NCBI RefSeq assembly: GCF_001194135.2
Contig: NC_068997.1
Location: 14,856,822 to 14,900,841 of the forward strand
DNA: 44,020 nucleotides
Direction of reading: 5' to 3'
Source of the DNA: Octopus bimaculoides
Taxonomy: Eukaryota
Position numbers and translations under genes: made by a program. Of this stretch, positions 1 to 10,867 are shown piece after piece; the stretch's first letter is position 1; each line of letters opens with the position of its first letter. Below the pieces are notes generated by a model, which saw only the letters and a list, made by a program, of their open reading frames with translations, made no database searches and was not told the origin of the DNA.

Positions 1-217
1 CCTTCATCAATGGAATATACTCAGAAAAGCACATAAATACAAATATATATATATGTATATATATATATACAACATACGATATACTTACATACAAACGTAT
101 ACATACATGTATATGCATGTATGCACACAACCAGTTTAAATTGCCCGCCTAAAAACTCCTTGTGCGATATGGTCAGAATACCACCGCAGTGAATATAATG
201 ATGAAATAAATCTATAA

Positions 218-261
<44 letters not shown>

Positions 262-406
262 TATCATCACCACTACCACCATCATCATCATCATCATTGT
301 CGTCATCATTTTCCTCATCATTTAAAATCTAATTTTCATGATTGGAACATTTGACAGGTGCTGGCAAGACTAAGAACTGCAGTAGACTCCAATATCTGCT
401 TTGTAA

Positions 407-490
407 AGTGGTTGGTGTTAGGAAAGGCATCCAGCCATAGACAATTGGAGACTGGACAGTTCTCCAGCAGGCTAGTCCCTGTCAAACAGG
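407..490 (+). mobile_element. Degenerate fragment of RTE-LINE 3' UTR-type repeat (family C)
   Basis: GTGGTTGGTGTTAGGAAAGGCATCCAGCCATAGA matches the block in the fuller copies at 33665-33840 and 37421-37756. Confidence 0.5.
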
Positions 491-1439
491 ATCACAGTAA
501 AGGTGAGACACAATGTGCGAGTAGACCTAGGAAACCCTATGGAAGCATAGCACAAAAAAACAAAAACAAAAAATGTAAAATGAAGATGATGACGATGATG
601 ACAACAACGATGATGATGGTGATGATGACAGAGACGACGTTGATGAGGATGATATATGCACATATGCTTATGATAAGAAACTGACATACAGAAAGCAAAG
701 ACAACCAGACATGCTCGTTGATAAACTCATTTTTTTTATTCATTAAAATCTTTCAAGCTAGAATGCTTTTTATATTTTATTTATGTACTATTTTCTTTCA
801 CATTTTTTTTTAAATGTTTTAAATTCATTTATTCTAATTTCTTTTTTTTTTTTGGAATTTTATTTTATTGCTATTTCTCCTTTGCCATTTTTTTTAAAGC
901 TGTTTATTTTCTTTTTATCTTTTATTTTTTGTAAGTCTATTGTTTGTCATTCTTCACAATTTAATTCAAGAAGCAATCAGTAGACACTTAAGCTGTCAAA
1001 AAACTCCTGCAACTCAACTGCTATTTATAGTTGTTATTGTTTGCAGCAGATGCAACTGTAAAACTGCACTTCTTACAAAACAACTGTAAGAAAACATTTA
1101 ACTGCAACAATAAATGAATGAGATGAAAGAGGAAAGATATGGAAGAAAAAAANNNNNNNNNNNNNNNNNNNNNNNNNNNNNNNNNNNNNNNNNNNNNNNN
1201 NNNNNNNNNNNNNNNNNNNNNNNNNNNNNNNNNNNNNNNNNNNNNNNNNNNNNNNNNNNNNNNNNNNNNNNNNNNNNNNNNNNNNNNNNNNNNNNNNNNN
1301 NNNNNNNNNNNNNNNNNNNNNNNNNNNNNNNNNNNNNNNNNNNNNNNNNNNNNNNNNNNNNNNNNNNGTTAAAAACGGTAAGCAGTCTAGGAGTGAAAGG
1401 AGGTGGGGCCAGTTGTTGTCAAAGTGGTGATGGCAGAAA

Positions 1440-2130
1440 CCTGTGGTGTTGGTGATAGTGGTCATGGTGGTGGGGACGAAGATGGTGGTGGTAGTGGTGT
1501 TGGAGTTGGTGGAAGTTGTGGTGTCGGTGATGATGGTGGCAGTGGTGGTGGTGGTGGTGGTTGTGGTGGCAACAGTAATGATGATGGTAGTGATGCTAAT
1601 GGTTATGATGATGATGATGATGATGGTTGTCACAGTGATAACAATGTGGTGGAGTTCATAGCTATAAATGTTGTGGTGGTGATGGTGGTGGTAACGATGA
1701 TGATGTGGATGATAATGATGACAATGGTGATGATGACGATGATAATATTGATAATGATGATGAGAATGGTGGTGTTGTTGTTTGTGGTTAAGATGATGAT
1801 GACGATGATGATGATGGTGATGGTGACGACGATGATGATGATGGTGATGATAGTGACGCTGATGATGATGACGATGATGACGATGACGATGATGACGATG
1901 AGGATGATGACGATGTGGATGACGATGAGGATGATGATGACGATGATGATGACGATGACGATGATGATGACGATGACGATGATGATGATGAAGATGATGA
2001 TGATGATGATGATGATGATGGTGGTGATGATGGTGATGTTGATGATGACGTTGATGATGACGGTGATGATGACTGATGATGACTATCATGGTAGTGGCGA
2101 TGGCCATGGGGTTAGTGATGGTGGGGAAGG
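1440..2130. repeat. Compound trinucleotide microsatellite (GAT/GAC/GGT mosaic)
   Basis: Long in-phase runs of GAT, GAC, GGT and GTT; source of the His-rich and Met/Asp-rich spurious ORFs. Confidence 0.95.
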
Positions 2131-2155
2131 GTAGTGTGGCAGGATGTATGGGTGT

Positions 2156-2210
2156 GAAGGAAGGAAGGAAGGAAGGAAGGAAGGAAGGAAGGAAGGGAGG
2201 AAGGAAGGAA
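2156..2210. repeat. (GGAA)n microsatellite
   Basis: Direct tandem GGAA/GAAG units. Confidence 0.95.
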
Positions 2211-2625
2211 CGAGGAGGATAGGTGGGAGCGAGTAAATCAATTTCAAAGAATTGTCGAAAACTGAGTTAGACAGAATGACTAAAGGGATTATGAAGAACT
2301 ATGACAGAGTAATCTTCAAACATGAATGGAGTTAATAAAAGTACTTCAATGGCTTTGAAATGGCACTCAAAGCCTCATTAATCCATAATCCTTCCTAATC
2401 CCTTGAAATAAACATCAGCTTATTGTACCATCAATGCATATGCACATGATACCGTTCGGTTCTGCACTGCTAGTTACATTAGCCCTTGTATAACAACTCT
2501 TCGCTAAGAATAATTTATGGAGACGCTCGTTGCTTCCCATTTATTAAATGAACATCCCATGTTTGGTGTATAAACTAAAAATGAAAATAAAAATGATAAA
2601 CACATAATAGATATGTATATACACT

Positions 2626-2664
<39 letters not shown>

Positions 2665-2665
2665 C

Positions 2666-2740
<75 letters not shown>

Positions 2741-3132
2741 GTATTTGTGTGTGTGTGTGATAGAAAACAAAAAACAAAGAACAAATTTGCACAACGTTAC
2801 CGCTAAGCTATTTCTTATCTCATCGCTGGAAATAATAGTATATCTTAATGAGATATCTAACTCTTAGAATTCTCATTCTCTGTGATTCTTCCCCGACCAA
2901 ACAGCAATTTCGATATTTTAATTTATTTCTTTTTGCCATTCTTCATTTTCAGTGGAGTTTACTTACGTTTTCGGTTTGATTTCTTTATTTTTCATATACA
3001 TTCATTTAAAGTTTTGGTTGAATAATGGAAAACAAGGAATATATATATCTATATATATATATATACATATATATATGTGTGTGTATATATATATATGTGT
3101 GTATATATGTAAGTATAAACACACATATATAT

Positions 3133-3166
<34 letters not shown>

Positions 3167-3347
3167 GCGTATGCATATACATATATACATTTATAAACAT
3201 GTGTGTATATATATATGTATATATATGTGTGCACATGCATCATTTATATCTGTGTGTGTGTGTGTAATTATATATATGAATATGTATACATTCACCCACA
3301 CACATATATATATATACACACACATATACATATATATATACACACAT

Positions 3348-3380
<33 letters not shown>

Positions 3381-3646
3381 TNNNNNNNNNNNNNNNNNNN
3401 NNNNNNNNNNNNNNNNNNNNNNNNNNNNNNNNNNNNNNNNNNNNNNNNNNNNNNNNNNNNNNNNNNNNNNNNNNNNNNNNNNNNNNNNNNNNNNNNNNNN
3501 NNNNNNNNNNNNNNNNTATATATATAATGCATACTGATGTGCACACATATACTTTGATATAATTGCAGGCACATGTAGGCAGACGTATACACAGGCATGC
3601 TCAGGCATACACATGGACAGACAGAGACACACGTACACACTCAAAC

Positions 3647-3680
<34 letters not shown>

Positions 3681-4296
3681 GAAACGATAAATGAATTTCA
3701 TTTGATGTTGACACCAAGGAAGCAAAGGATACAGAACAAATGTTGACTTTGTAATGTCATTTATAATCCAGTTAAGCAAGTTTGTATTAGAAGAGAATGA
3801 TGCTGCAGTGAAGCAACTTTACACCAGCCGACCAAACTAATAATCAAACAAAAACGACAGATATTTACTATGAGAAATATTTCTGAGTTATCTGACATAA
3901 GTGATTGATTGATTAAATATATTATAAGATAGATCTGATAAGATGTTCGCCTTTCACAAAAGCTGAGTAAGTAGGATAATGCTTACTGTTTCTTTAACAT
4001 TCCATCTAATAAAGCAGGACAAATTTGTTACTTCCTAAGAGGTAAAGTGGCAAATAAGGACATTCTGTAGCTATGTCGCAAAGCATTCTACATAGTTGAT
4101 TCATATGTTAATGGTTCGATTCATAAGTTAATGGTCTGCTACAGGAATTCTTGGGTTTTCTCATGCGTCTTTACTTAAGTTCTTATCAGAATTCTAAGCT
4201 GGGGAAAATGTGCATTGTTCATATTTTCAAAGAGAAGTGTTGGTTTAATTAAAGACTTTTAAATATCAGAATTAAATGCCTTCACCAAAAACTGTG

Positions 4297-4356
<60 letters not shown>

Positions 4357-5589
4357 NNNNNNNNNNNNNNNNNNNNNNNNNNNNNNNNNNNNNNNNNNNN
4401 NNNNNNNNNNNNNNNNNNNNNNNNNNNNNNNNNNNNNNNNNNNNNNNNNNNNNNNNNNNNNNNNNNNNNNNNNNNNNNNNNNNNNNNNNNNNNNNNNNNN
4501 NNNNNNNNNNNNNNNNNNNNNNNNNNNNNNNNNNNNNNNNNNNNNNNNNNNNNNNNNNNNNNNNNNNNNNNNNNNNNNNNNNNNNNNNNNNNNNNNNNNN
4601 NNNNNNNNNNNNNNNNNNNNNNNNNNNNNNNNNNNNNNNNNNNNNNNNNNNNNNNNNNNNNNNNNNNNNNNNNNNNNNNNNNNNNNNNNNNNNNNNNNNN
4701 NNNNNNNNNNNNNNNNNNNNNNNNNNNNNNNNNNNNNNNNNNNNNNNNNNNNNNNNNNNNNNNNNNNNNNNNNNNNNNNNNNNNNNNNNNNNNNNNNNNN
4801 NNNNNNNNNNNNNNNNATATATATATATATAAGGGCATGGACCTTGAGAGGTAGAAAGAAACAGATTTTCAGAAAAGTATTGGCATATACACACAGAGAG
4901 TTCAAGGATGTTGTATGCTACCTTCTGTGAACTGAGCTATTGCCTGTCTCTGATCCAACAGTATCATTTGTCAAAATTTACATCAGTATTACAGATGGTC
5001 ATCAAATGAATGTTAGGTTACATTTTTAATGAAAGAACCCGGATGCTTTGACAGAGCGTCTGCAATACATACAGCAAGCATGGGAACATCTGCATATCAT
5101 ATATCAAATAATTTTGCAACTGTGATATGCAACATATACATTTGGCCATTGGTTCATGTTCTACAAGAAATTACAATGTTTCTGCTACTTCTAAAACAAC
5201 AACCATTCTCTCAGGAACCGGAGGAAAACAGTGGTGAATGATGTGATATTGTTTTTATGCAAACATTAAACTGAATCTGGATTATGATTTATTGCCCTTT
5301 GTTTTCTTGTTCCCAAGAGGAGAGAAAAGTTGAGACATGATGTGTGAATAATAACAGAAAATTTTTTCAATGCATCATAACACAGAGAGGATGATGCAAC
5401 AAATCAATGATTTTTTGAAATGGTTTGTTTGGGAGGAAGATTATCATAAGACTACATTATCAATAGCAATTACATCGTTGTTGGAGGATGGTTCCAACGG
5501 GTTCAAAAGAATCGGTGGAAATTCAGCGCAAAATGTTCTCACAGCTCGATGGACCAAATGCAAAGTGACATCTCAAATGGATGAATTGG

Positions 5590-5925
5590 CAGTTATGTTG
5601 CAATCCGATTTTCTTTCCTTAAAGGACCTAGTTTCCACAAGAAAAACATTTGGGGGACTCAATAGGCACTGCTAGGAACTGTGGATGCCAGAGTGGTTTC
5701 ATATTCTCATGTGTTATTTAGATCCACCTCAAATTTGTTGCAGAGCTTGAGTAGTGTTTGCACCAAGCCATTGCAGTAGTGCTTCTAAAAACAGTAGGGG
5801 TTATGGGTAAGCATGACTTATCTACAAATTTCCATAGCAATTCAGGCACAATATTTATGAATAAACAATTTGCTGAAAGCCTGGAATTTGAAGACATTGT
5901 CCTTCATTTAAAAAGCAAATTATCA
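5590..5925 (+). pseudogene. Possible highly degenerate rve/DDE integrase remnant (Gypsy/Ginger-like)
   Basis: Frameshifted translations give LQSDF ... HLKFVAEL ... QAIAVVLLKTVGVMG ... FHSNSGTIFMNKQFAESLEFEDIVLH, resembling the integrase-core order QVDL ... HLTKF ... EVA..LL.IF..FG.P..LQSDNG.EF.N. Recognised by eye only; stops and frameshifts present. Confidence 0.3.
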
Positions 5926-5932
5926 AAACAAG

Positions 5933-6142
5933 AATTACTTCATTTATGTTATTTATATTTGACGGTTATTTGTCCTCATCTTGTTTGTTGCTAACACAGC
6001 ATTTCGGCTGATATACCCTCCAGCCTTCATCAGCTGTCTTGGGGAAATTTCGAATCTGGGTTCTCATTTCTAAGATATTTTTCGATGTTATTATTATTAT
6101 CATTATTGTTATTCAGATCACTGCCTGGAATCGAACTCAGAA
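5933..6142 (-). mobile_element. Family H element (tRNA-like head plus hammerhead motif), left arm of a palindrome; lacks the A-box
   Basis: Reverse complement matches 6181-6373 and 36961-37131. The minus strand carries a B-box (GAGTTCGATTCC) at about 6126-6137. Confidence 0.85.
5993..6038 (-). ncRNA. Degenerate minimal type I hammerhead ribozyme motif
   Basis: Minus strand reads GACAG-CTGATGA-A-GGCTG-GAGGGTATAT-CAGCC-GAAATGCT-GTGTT. Core CUGAUGA, GAAA and the 5-bp stem II are intact; stem III and the cleavage triplet are mutated. Confidence 0.6.
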
Positions 6143-6233
6143 TATGGCGTAGTGGTTAAGAGCGCAGGCTACTAACCCCAAGATTCCGAGTTCAATTCCA
6201 AGCAGTGCCTGTATAATAAAAATAATAATAATG

Positions 6234-6270
<37 letters not shown>

Positions 6271-6373
6271 CAACATCGAAAAATATCTTAGGAATGAAAA
6301 CCCAGGTTCAAAATTTCCCCAAGACACCTGATGAAGGCTGGAGGGTATATCAGCTGAGACGTAGTGTTAACAA
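6143..6373 (+). mobile_element. Family H element, right arm: tRNA-derived head, (AAT)n spacer, hammerhead motif
   Basis: A-box TGGCGTAGTGG (6145-6155), B-box GAGTTCAATTCC (6188-6199), (AAT)n tract, then sequence shared with the other two copies. Confidence 0.85.
6323..6368 (+). ncRNA. Degenerate minimal type I hammerhead ribozyme motif
   Basis: GACAC-CTGATGA-A-GGCTG-GAGGGTATAT-CAGCT-GAGACGTA-GTGTT. Stem I GACAC/GUGUU, stem II GGCUG/CAGCU, palindromic ACGU and a GUA triplet are present; GAA is mutated to GAG. Confidence 0.65.
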
Positions 6374-6774
6374 TGGCAATGACAGTGATGACAAAGATGC
6401 TGATGGCTTTGAGAGTGATGACTTTGAGAGTGAACCAACAATATTTCAATTGACTTGTAAGCATGGTACATTAATTCCATCGCCACCCACCATTTAATTT
6501 CAATTAGCCCCGCTGGTACGTCTAATCCTATTATTGCTATTTTTGTGAAGCTACTCCACTAGTCATCTCTACCTCATCCTTGTATCATCTGTTTGCCATT
6601 CCTATTATCTCCGAGTGAACATTTTGCTAACGAGTATGCTGGTACTTCATTTAATTATAGTTGTTACCCTGAAGTATGATGCCGGTAGACTGAACAATGG
6701 AAGAACACAATTCCCATTTATTTTTTTATATATATATATATCACCCAGGTACTTTTATAGGTGTTGTTAACAAA

Positions 6775-6831
6775 GATGCTTCCAGCCATGTGGTTTCAGG
6801 TTCAGTGGATGGAAACTGAAAGAAGCCCATC
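6775..6831 (+). mobile_element. Family A SINE head, internally deleted
   Basis: CCAGCCATGTGGTTTCAGGTTCAGT joined directly to GGATGGAAACTGAAAGAAGCCCATC, followed by microsatellite. Confidence 0.7.
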
Positions 6832-6835
6832 ATAT

Positions 6836-6913
6836 ATATGTGTGTGTGTGTATGTATATGTATATGTATGTATATGTGTGTGAGTGTACGTGTATATATA
6901 TATATATATATAT

Positions 6914-6952
<39 letters not shown>

Positions 6953-6963
6953 TATAGATAGAT

Positions 6964-6996
<33 letters not shown>

Positions 6997-7093
6997 TATG
7001 TATACATATATATACATATATATGTACATATATACATACATATATACACACGCATACCTATATATACGTATATATTTATTATGTGTGTATATA
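6836..7093. repeat. Compound (TG)/(TA)/(GATA) microsatellite
   Basis: Direct observation; runs into an N-gap. Confidence 0.95.
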
Positions 7094-7679
7094 NNNNNNN
7101 NNNNNNNNNNNNNNNNNNNNNNNNNNNNNNNNNNNNNNNNNNNNNNNNNNNNNNNNNNNNNNNNNNNNNNNNNNNNNNNNNNNNNNNNNNNNNNNNNNNN
7201 NNNNNNNNNNNNNNNNNNNNNNNNNNNNNNNNNNNNNNNNNNNNNNNNNNNNNNNNNNNNNNNNNNNNNNNNNNNNNNNNNNNNNNNNNNNNNNNNNNNN
7301 NNNNNNNNNNNNNNNNNNNNNNNNNNNNNNNNNNNNNNNNNNNNNNNNNNNNNNNNNNNNNNNNNNNNNNNNNNNNNNNNNNNNNNNNNNNNNNNNNNNN
7401 NNNNNNNNNNNNNNNNNNNNNNNNNNNNNNNNNNNNNNNNNNNNNNNNNNNNNNNNNNNNNNNNNNNNNNNNNNNNNNNNNNNNNNNNNNNNNNNNNNNN
7501 NNNNNNNNNNNNNNNNNNNNNNNNNNNNNNNNNNNNNNNNNNNNNNNNNNNNNNNNNNNNNNNNNNNNNNNNNNNNNNNNNNNNNNNNNNNNNNNNNNNN
7601 NNNNNNNNNNNNNNNNNNNNNNNNNNNNNNNNNNNNNNNNNNNNNNNNNNNNNNNNNGTGTGTGTGTGTGTGTGATTGT

Positions 7680-7921
7680 TCAGTTTTATTTCAAGATTTC
7701 TTGCCAATAGAGAAAGAATCAGTTTCTAACCTAGATCCAAGGTTCCTTCATTGGAATTTCAACATCAACAACATGGTATGTATGTATGTATGTATGTATG
7801 TATGTATGTATGTATGTTATCAATCAGTTTCATTTCTGTATTTTTTGTCCATAGAGAAAGAGCCGGACTCTAACATAGATTCAAGGCTCCTTCATTGGAA
7901 CTTTTATCAACATCATCTAGG
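7680..7921 (+). repeat. Diverged local duplication (~97 bp, period ~144) split by (TATG)n
   Basis: TCAGTTT..ATAGAGAAAGA..CTAAC.TAGAT.CAAGG.TCCTTCATTGGAA occurs at 7680-7776 and 7824-7921. Confidence 0.8.
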
Positions 7922-8189
7922 TATTTGTGCATATGTGTGTGTGTGCAGTAATTGGTGTTAGTGTATGCACAGATTTGTATGTATGTATGTGTATCTGTGT
8001 GTATGTGTGATTATGTCTGTTTGTCCCTCTTTGCCATAACATTGCATAATGGTCACAAATGAGTGCCACCATGATAAAACCAGTGTAATTTGCTTCCAAT
8101 CTGGTATTAAGACATATCTGGTCAAGTTTTAATGGTTAGCCATCTTCTAATGAAAGATTAAATCACCATGGTTAGAAAACAAGCACATG

Positions 8190-8285
8190 TAGGGAACCGG
8201 AAGAGCATCCAGCTGTAGAAAAATCTGCCTCCACAAATTCCATCTGAACCATGCAAATATGGAAAAATAGATGTTAAAACGATTA
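8190..8285 (+). mobile_element. Short RTE-tail-type repeat variant
   Basis: GGAAGAGCATCCAGCTGTAGAAAA...CCATGCAAATATGGAAAAATAGATGTTAAAACGAT matches the family C block and tail. Confidence 0.6.
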
Positions 8286-8797
8286 TATTAATGATTTATT
8301 AATTCAGACGACTTTATTAATGCATAAATATGTTTTAGAATTAACTTTATTTTTAATTCTATTTTTGTTTAATTGTTAACCTTTATCATTTACCATCAGC
8401 AGCGGTAAGATAACTACAGCTGGAATGGATACACTAGTTGCCACTATTACTTCATTATATATGTAGTAACTATCTGAACCATAGCCATTTCACTTTCTAG
8501 TTAATACGAAATGCAAATGTATTTGTTTGAAGAAATAAATGACTTAATCAGTAAATCATAATCAAAACAGTGAGATAGAAATTAAAGCATTCTCTTTGAT
8601 ATAAACAGTTTTCTTTGATATAGAAAGTTAATACGATGATGGGATACAAAAACGGTCCGTTGGAAAGATCCATCAACTGACTTTCACAGAGAAATGATTC
8701 TGTAAAAAAAAAAAAAAAACTGCATGTTGTTGTTATATAGTGAGGTAAGGCAGGTAGGGGGTGGGGGCTGGCAAAGCCATTAGCATGCCAGACAAAA

Positions 8798-9243
8798 TCA
8801 TCATCATCGTCGTCGTTGTCGTTTAACATCTGTTGTCTATGCTGGTATGGGTTGGATGGTTTGACTGAGGAGTAGCAATCCGGGTGACTGCACCAGGTTC
8901 CAATCTGATTTGGCAAGGTTTCTACTGCTGGGTGCCCTTCCTAATGCCGACCACTCTGAGAGTGTAGTGGGCACTTTTTATGTTCCACCTGAACAGGAGC
9001 CAGTCAGGTGGCACTGGTATTGGCCACGCTTAAATGGTGCACAGGTGCTAGTCAGGCAGCACTGACACTGGCCACACCCGAAAGGTGCTCTTTATGTGCC
9101 ACCAGCATGGGTGGCAGTCTGGCAGCACTGGCATCAGCCACACTCAAATGGTGTCCTTTATGTGCCACCGGCATGGGGCCAGTCAGGTGACACTGGCAAC
9201 AGTCACAACTACGATTTCACTTGGTTCAGCAGGTCTTCACAAG
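8798..9243 (-). mobile_element. RTE-LINE 3' end (family C) with four internal ~55-66 bp subrepeats
   Basis: The (CAT)n tail plus CGTTTAACATC..ATGCTGGTATGGG reverse-complements the 3' end of the copy at 37421-37756; tandem CCAGTCAGG..CACTGG..GGCCAC units are present. Confidence 0.8.
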
Positions 9244-9289
9244 AAATAAATAGCTTTGCAGTGATAATTCTTCTGTGTTTACAGTCCAA

Positions 9290-9422
9290 GCTAAAAATCT
9301 ACCAAAGTCGAATTAGCCTTCCATCTTTTCAGCATTGATGAAATAAGAAGCGGCTGAGCACTTGGGTTGATGTAGCTATTTCCTTCCAAATCTCAGGCTT
9401 TGTGCCAGTTGTAGAAAGAATT
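9290..9422 (+). mobile_element. Family D SINE 3' half, degenerate
   Basis: AAAGTCGAATTAGCCTTCCATCTTTTCAGCATTGATGAAATAAG..GGGTTGATGTA..TGTGCCAGTTGTAGAAAGAATTA parallels 9580-9712. Confidence 0.6.
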
Positions 9423-9437
9423 ACTATACAGTTTGAT

Positions 9438-9712
9438 AAGACAGAAAGCGGCAGAACTGTTAGCACACTTGACAAGATGCTGCTAAGCATTTTGCCCATC
9501 TTTACATTCTGATTTCAAATTACACCAAAGTCAGCTTTGCTTTTCATCCTTTTAGCATCAGTGAAATATTATACATACCACCGAGGTCGACTTTGCTGTT
9601 CATCCTTTCGGGATCGATAAATTAAGTACCAGTTTCATACTGGGGTTGATCTAATTGACTGGGCCCCCAACCCCCAGAAATTTTCGGGCCTTCAGCCTAG
9701 GGTAGAAAAGAA
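9438..9712 (+). mobile_element. Family D SINE, near full length, with internal duplication
   Basis: Head AAGACAGAAAGCGGCAGAACTGTTAGCAC, degenerate B-box TTCAAATT, body GAGGTCGACTTTGC..CATCCTTTCGGGATCGATAAATTAAGTACCAGT..GGGGTTGAT, tail GTAGAAAAGAAT. Confidence 0.75.
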
Positions 9713-10159
9713 TAGAAAATAATCAACTGAAAAATAAACAAATTAACGTCAAGATATTTCTCTACAAAGCAGACATAGCATTGAGGTAGCAGATTGCATA
9801 TATTGTATTTACTTTAGAATTAATCTCTTACTTGTTTCTTTCCCTAATTAATAAAATACTCAATCATAATGTACTAAATTTAACTCAATCAACTACACAC
9901 CTCTGTAGAAAATAACATTGACCTTATACTTCGGGAAGAAAACAATATTTCATATCTGTTTCAATACTAAATATATATGAAGCAAAAGAAAGTGTAGAGA
10001 AAAATACATTGGGACTGAATTAATCTATTTTATTAGTACTAATGTTTTATATTCAAGATAAAATGTACTGCTTTTTAAATTGAGTTAAGATAATATATAT
10101 GTATTATTTCAAAATCTATCTTTTGCTATTTCCTGAATGTAAATGTTTGTGTGTGTGTG

Positions 10160-10208
<49 letters not shown>

Positions 10209-10330
10209 NNNNNNNNNNTGTGTTTGTTTGTGCGTGTGTGTGTGTGTGTGTGTGTGTGCGTGTGTGTAAACTTCCATTATAATATATGGTAAAAATGGTG
10301 ATGATAAAGATTTATTCTAATGATCGTGGA

Positions 10331-10371
10331 AACAATAATGATGAAGAGGATGATGACGACGACAACGACGA

Positions 10372-10405
<34 letters not shown>

Positions 10406-10825
10406 GGTGGTGTTGATGATGATGATGATGATGATGATGATAATGACATCAATGATGAGGATGATGAGATTGTGATCATGATGACAAAGACGATGATAGT
10501 GATGATGACGACGACAACGACAACGATGACGACGACGACGACGATGATGATGATGATGAAGCTGACAGCGATGATGATCAGGAAGAGGAGGATGGCAGTG
10601 GTGGTGGTGGTAGTGGTGGCAGTGGTGGTGGCGGTGGTAGTGGTAGTAGTGGTGGCTGTGGTGGTAGTAGATGTGGCTGTGGTGGTAGCAGTGGCAGTGA
10701 TGATGGAAGAGGTGGTGGTAGTGTTGAGGAGGAGGAGGAGGAGAGGAGGAATTATAGGAGATAATCACAACGACAAGTGTTGTAATGAAATCATTATGAT
10801 TTCAATAGCAGCGATAAATGATGAC

Positions 10826-10867
<42 letters not shown>
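10331..10867. repeat. Compound trinucleotide microsatellite (GAT/GAC/GGT/GAG mosaic)
   Basis: In-phase triplet runs; source of the poly-D/G/V/H spurious ORFs. Confidence 0.95.

Noticed and set aside
1073-2134. 344-aa His-rich and 243-aa Met/Asp/Gly-rich ORFs
   Set aside because: Pure translations of (GAT/GGT)n mosaics, one spanning an N-gap; no domain or splice support.
2504-4930. YI/HT/CV-repeat ORFs here and throughout the window
   Set aside because: Dinucleotide microsatellite translations and gap read-through.
6143-6215. Possible tRNA gene
   Set aside because: A- and B-boxes are present, but there is no convincing acceptor stem or full cloverleaf, and it is embedded in a multi-copy element; treated as a SINE head.
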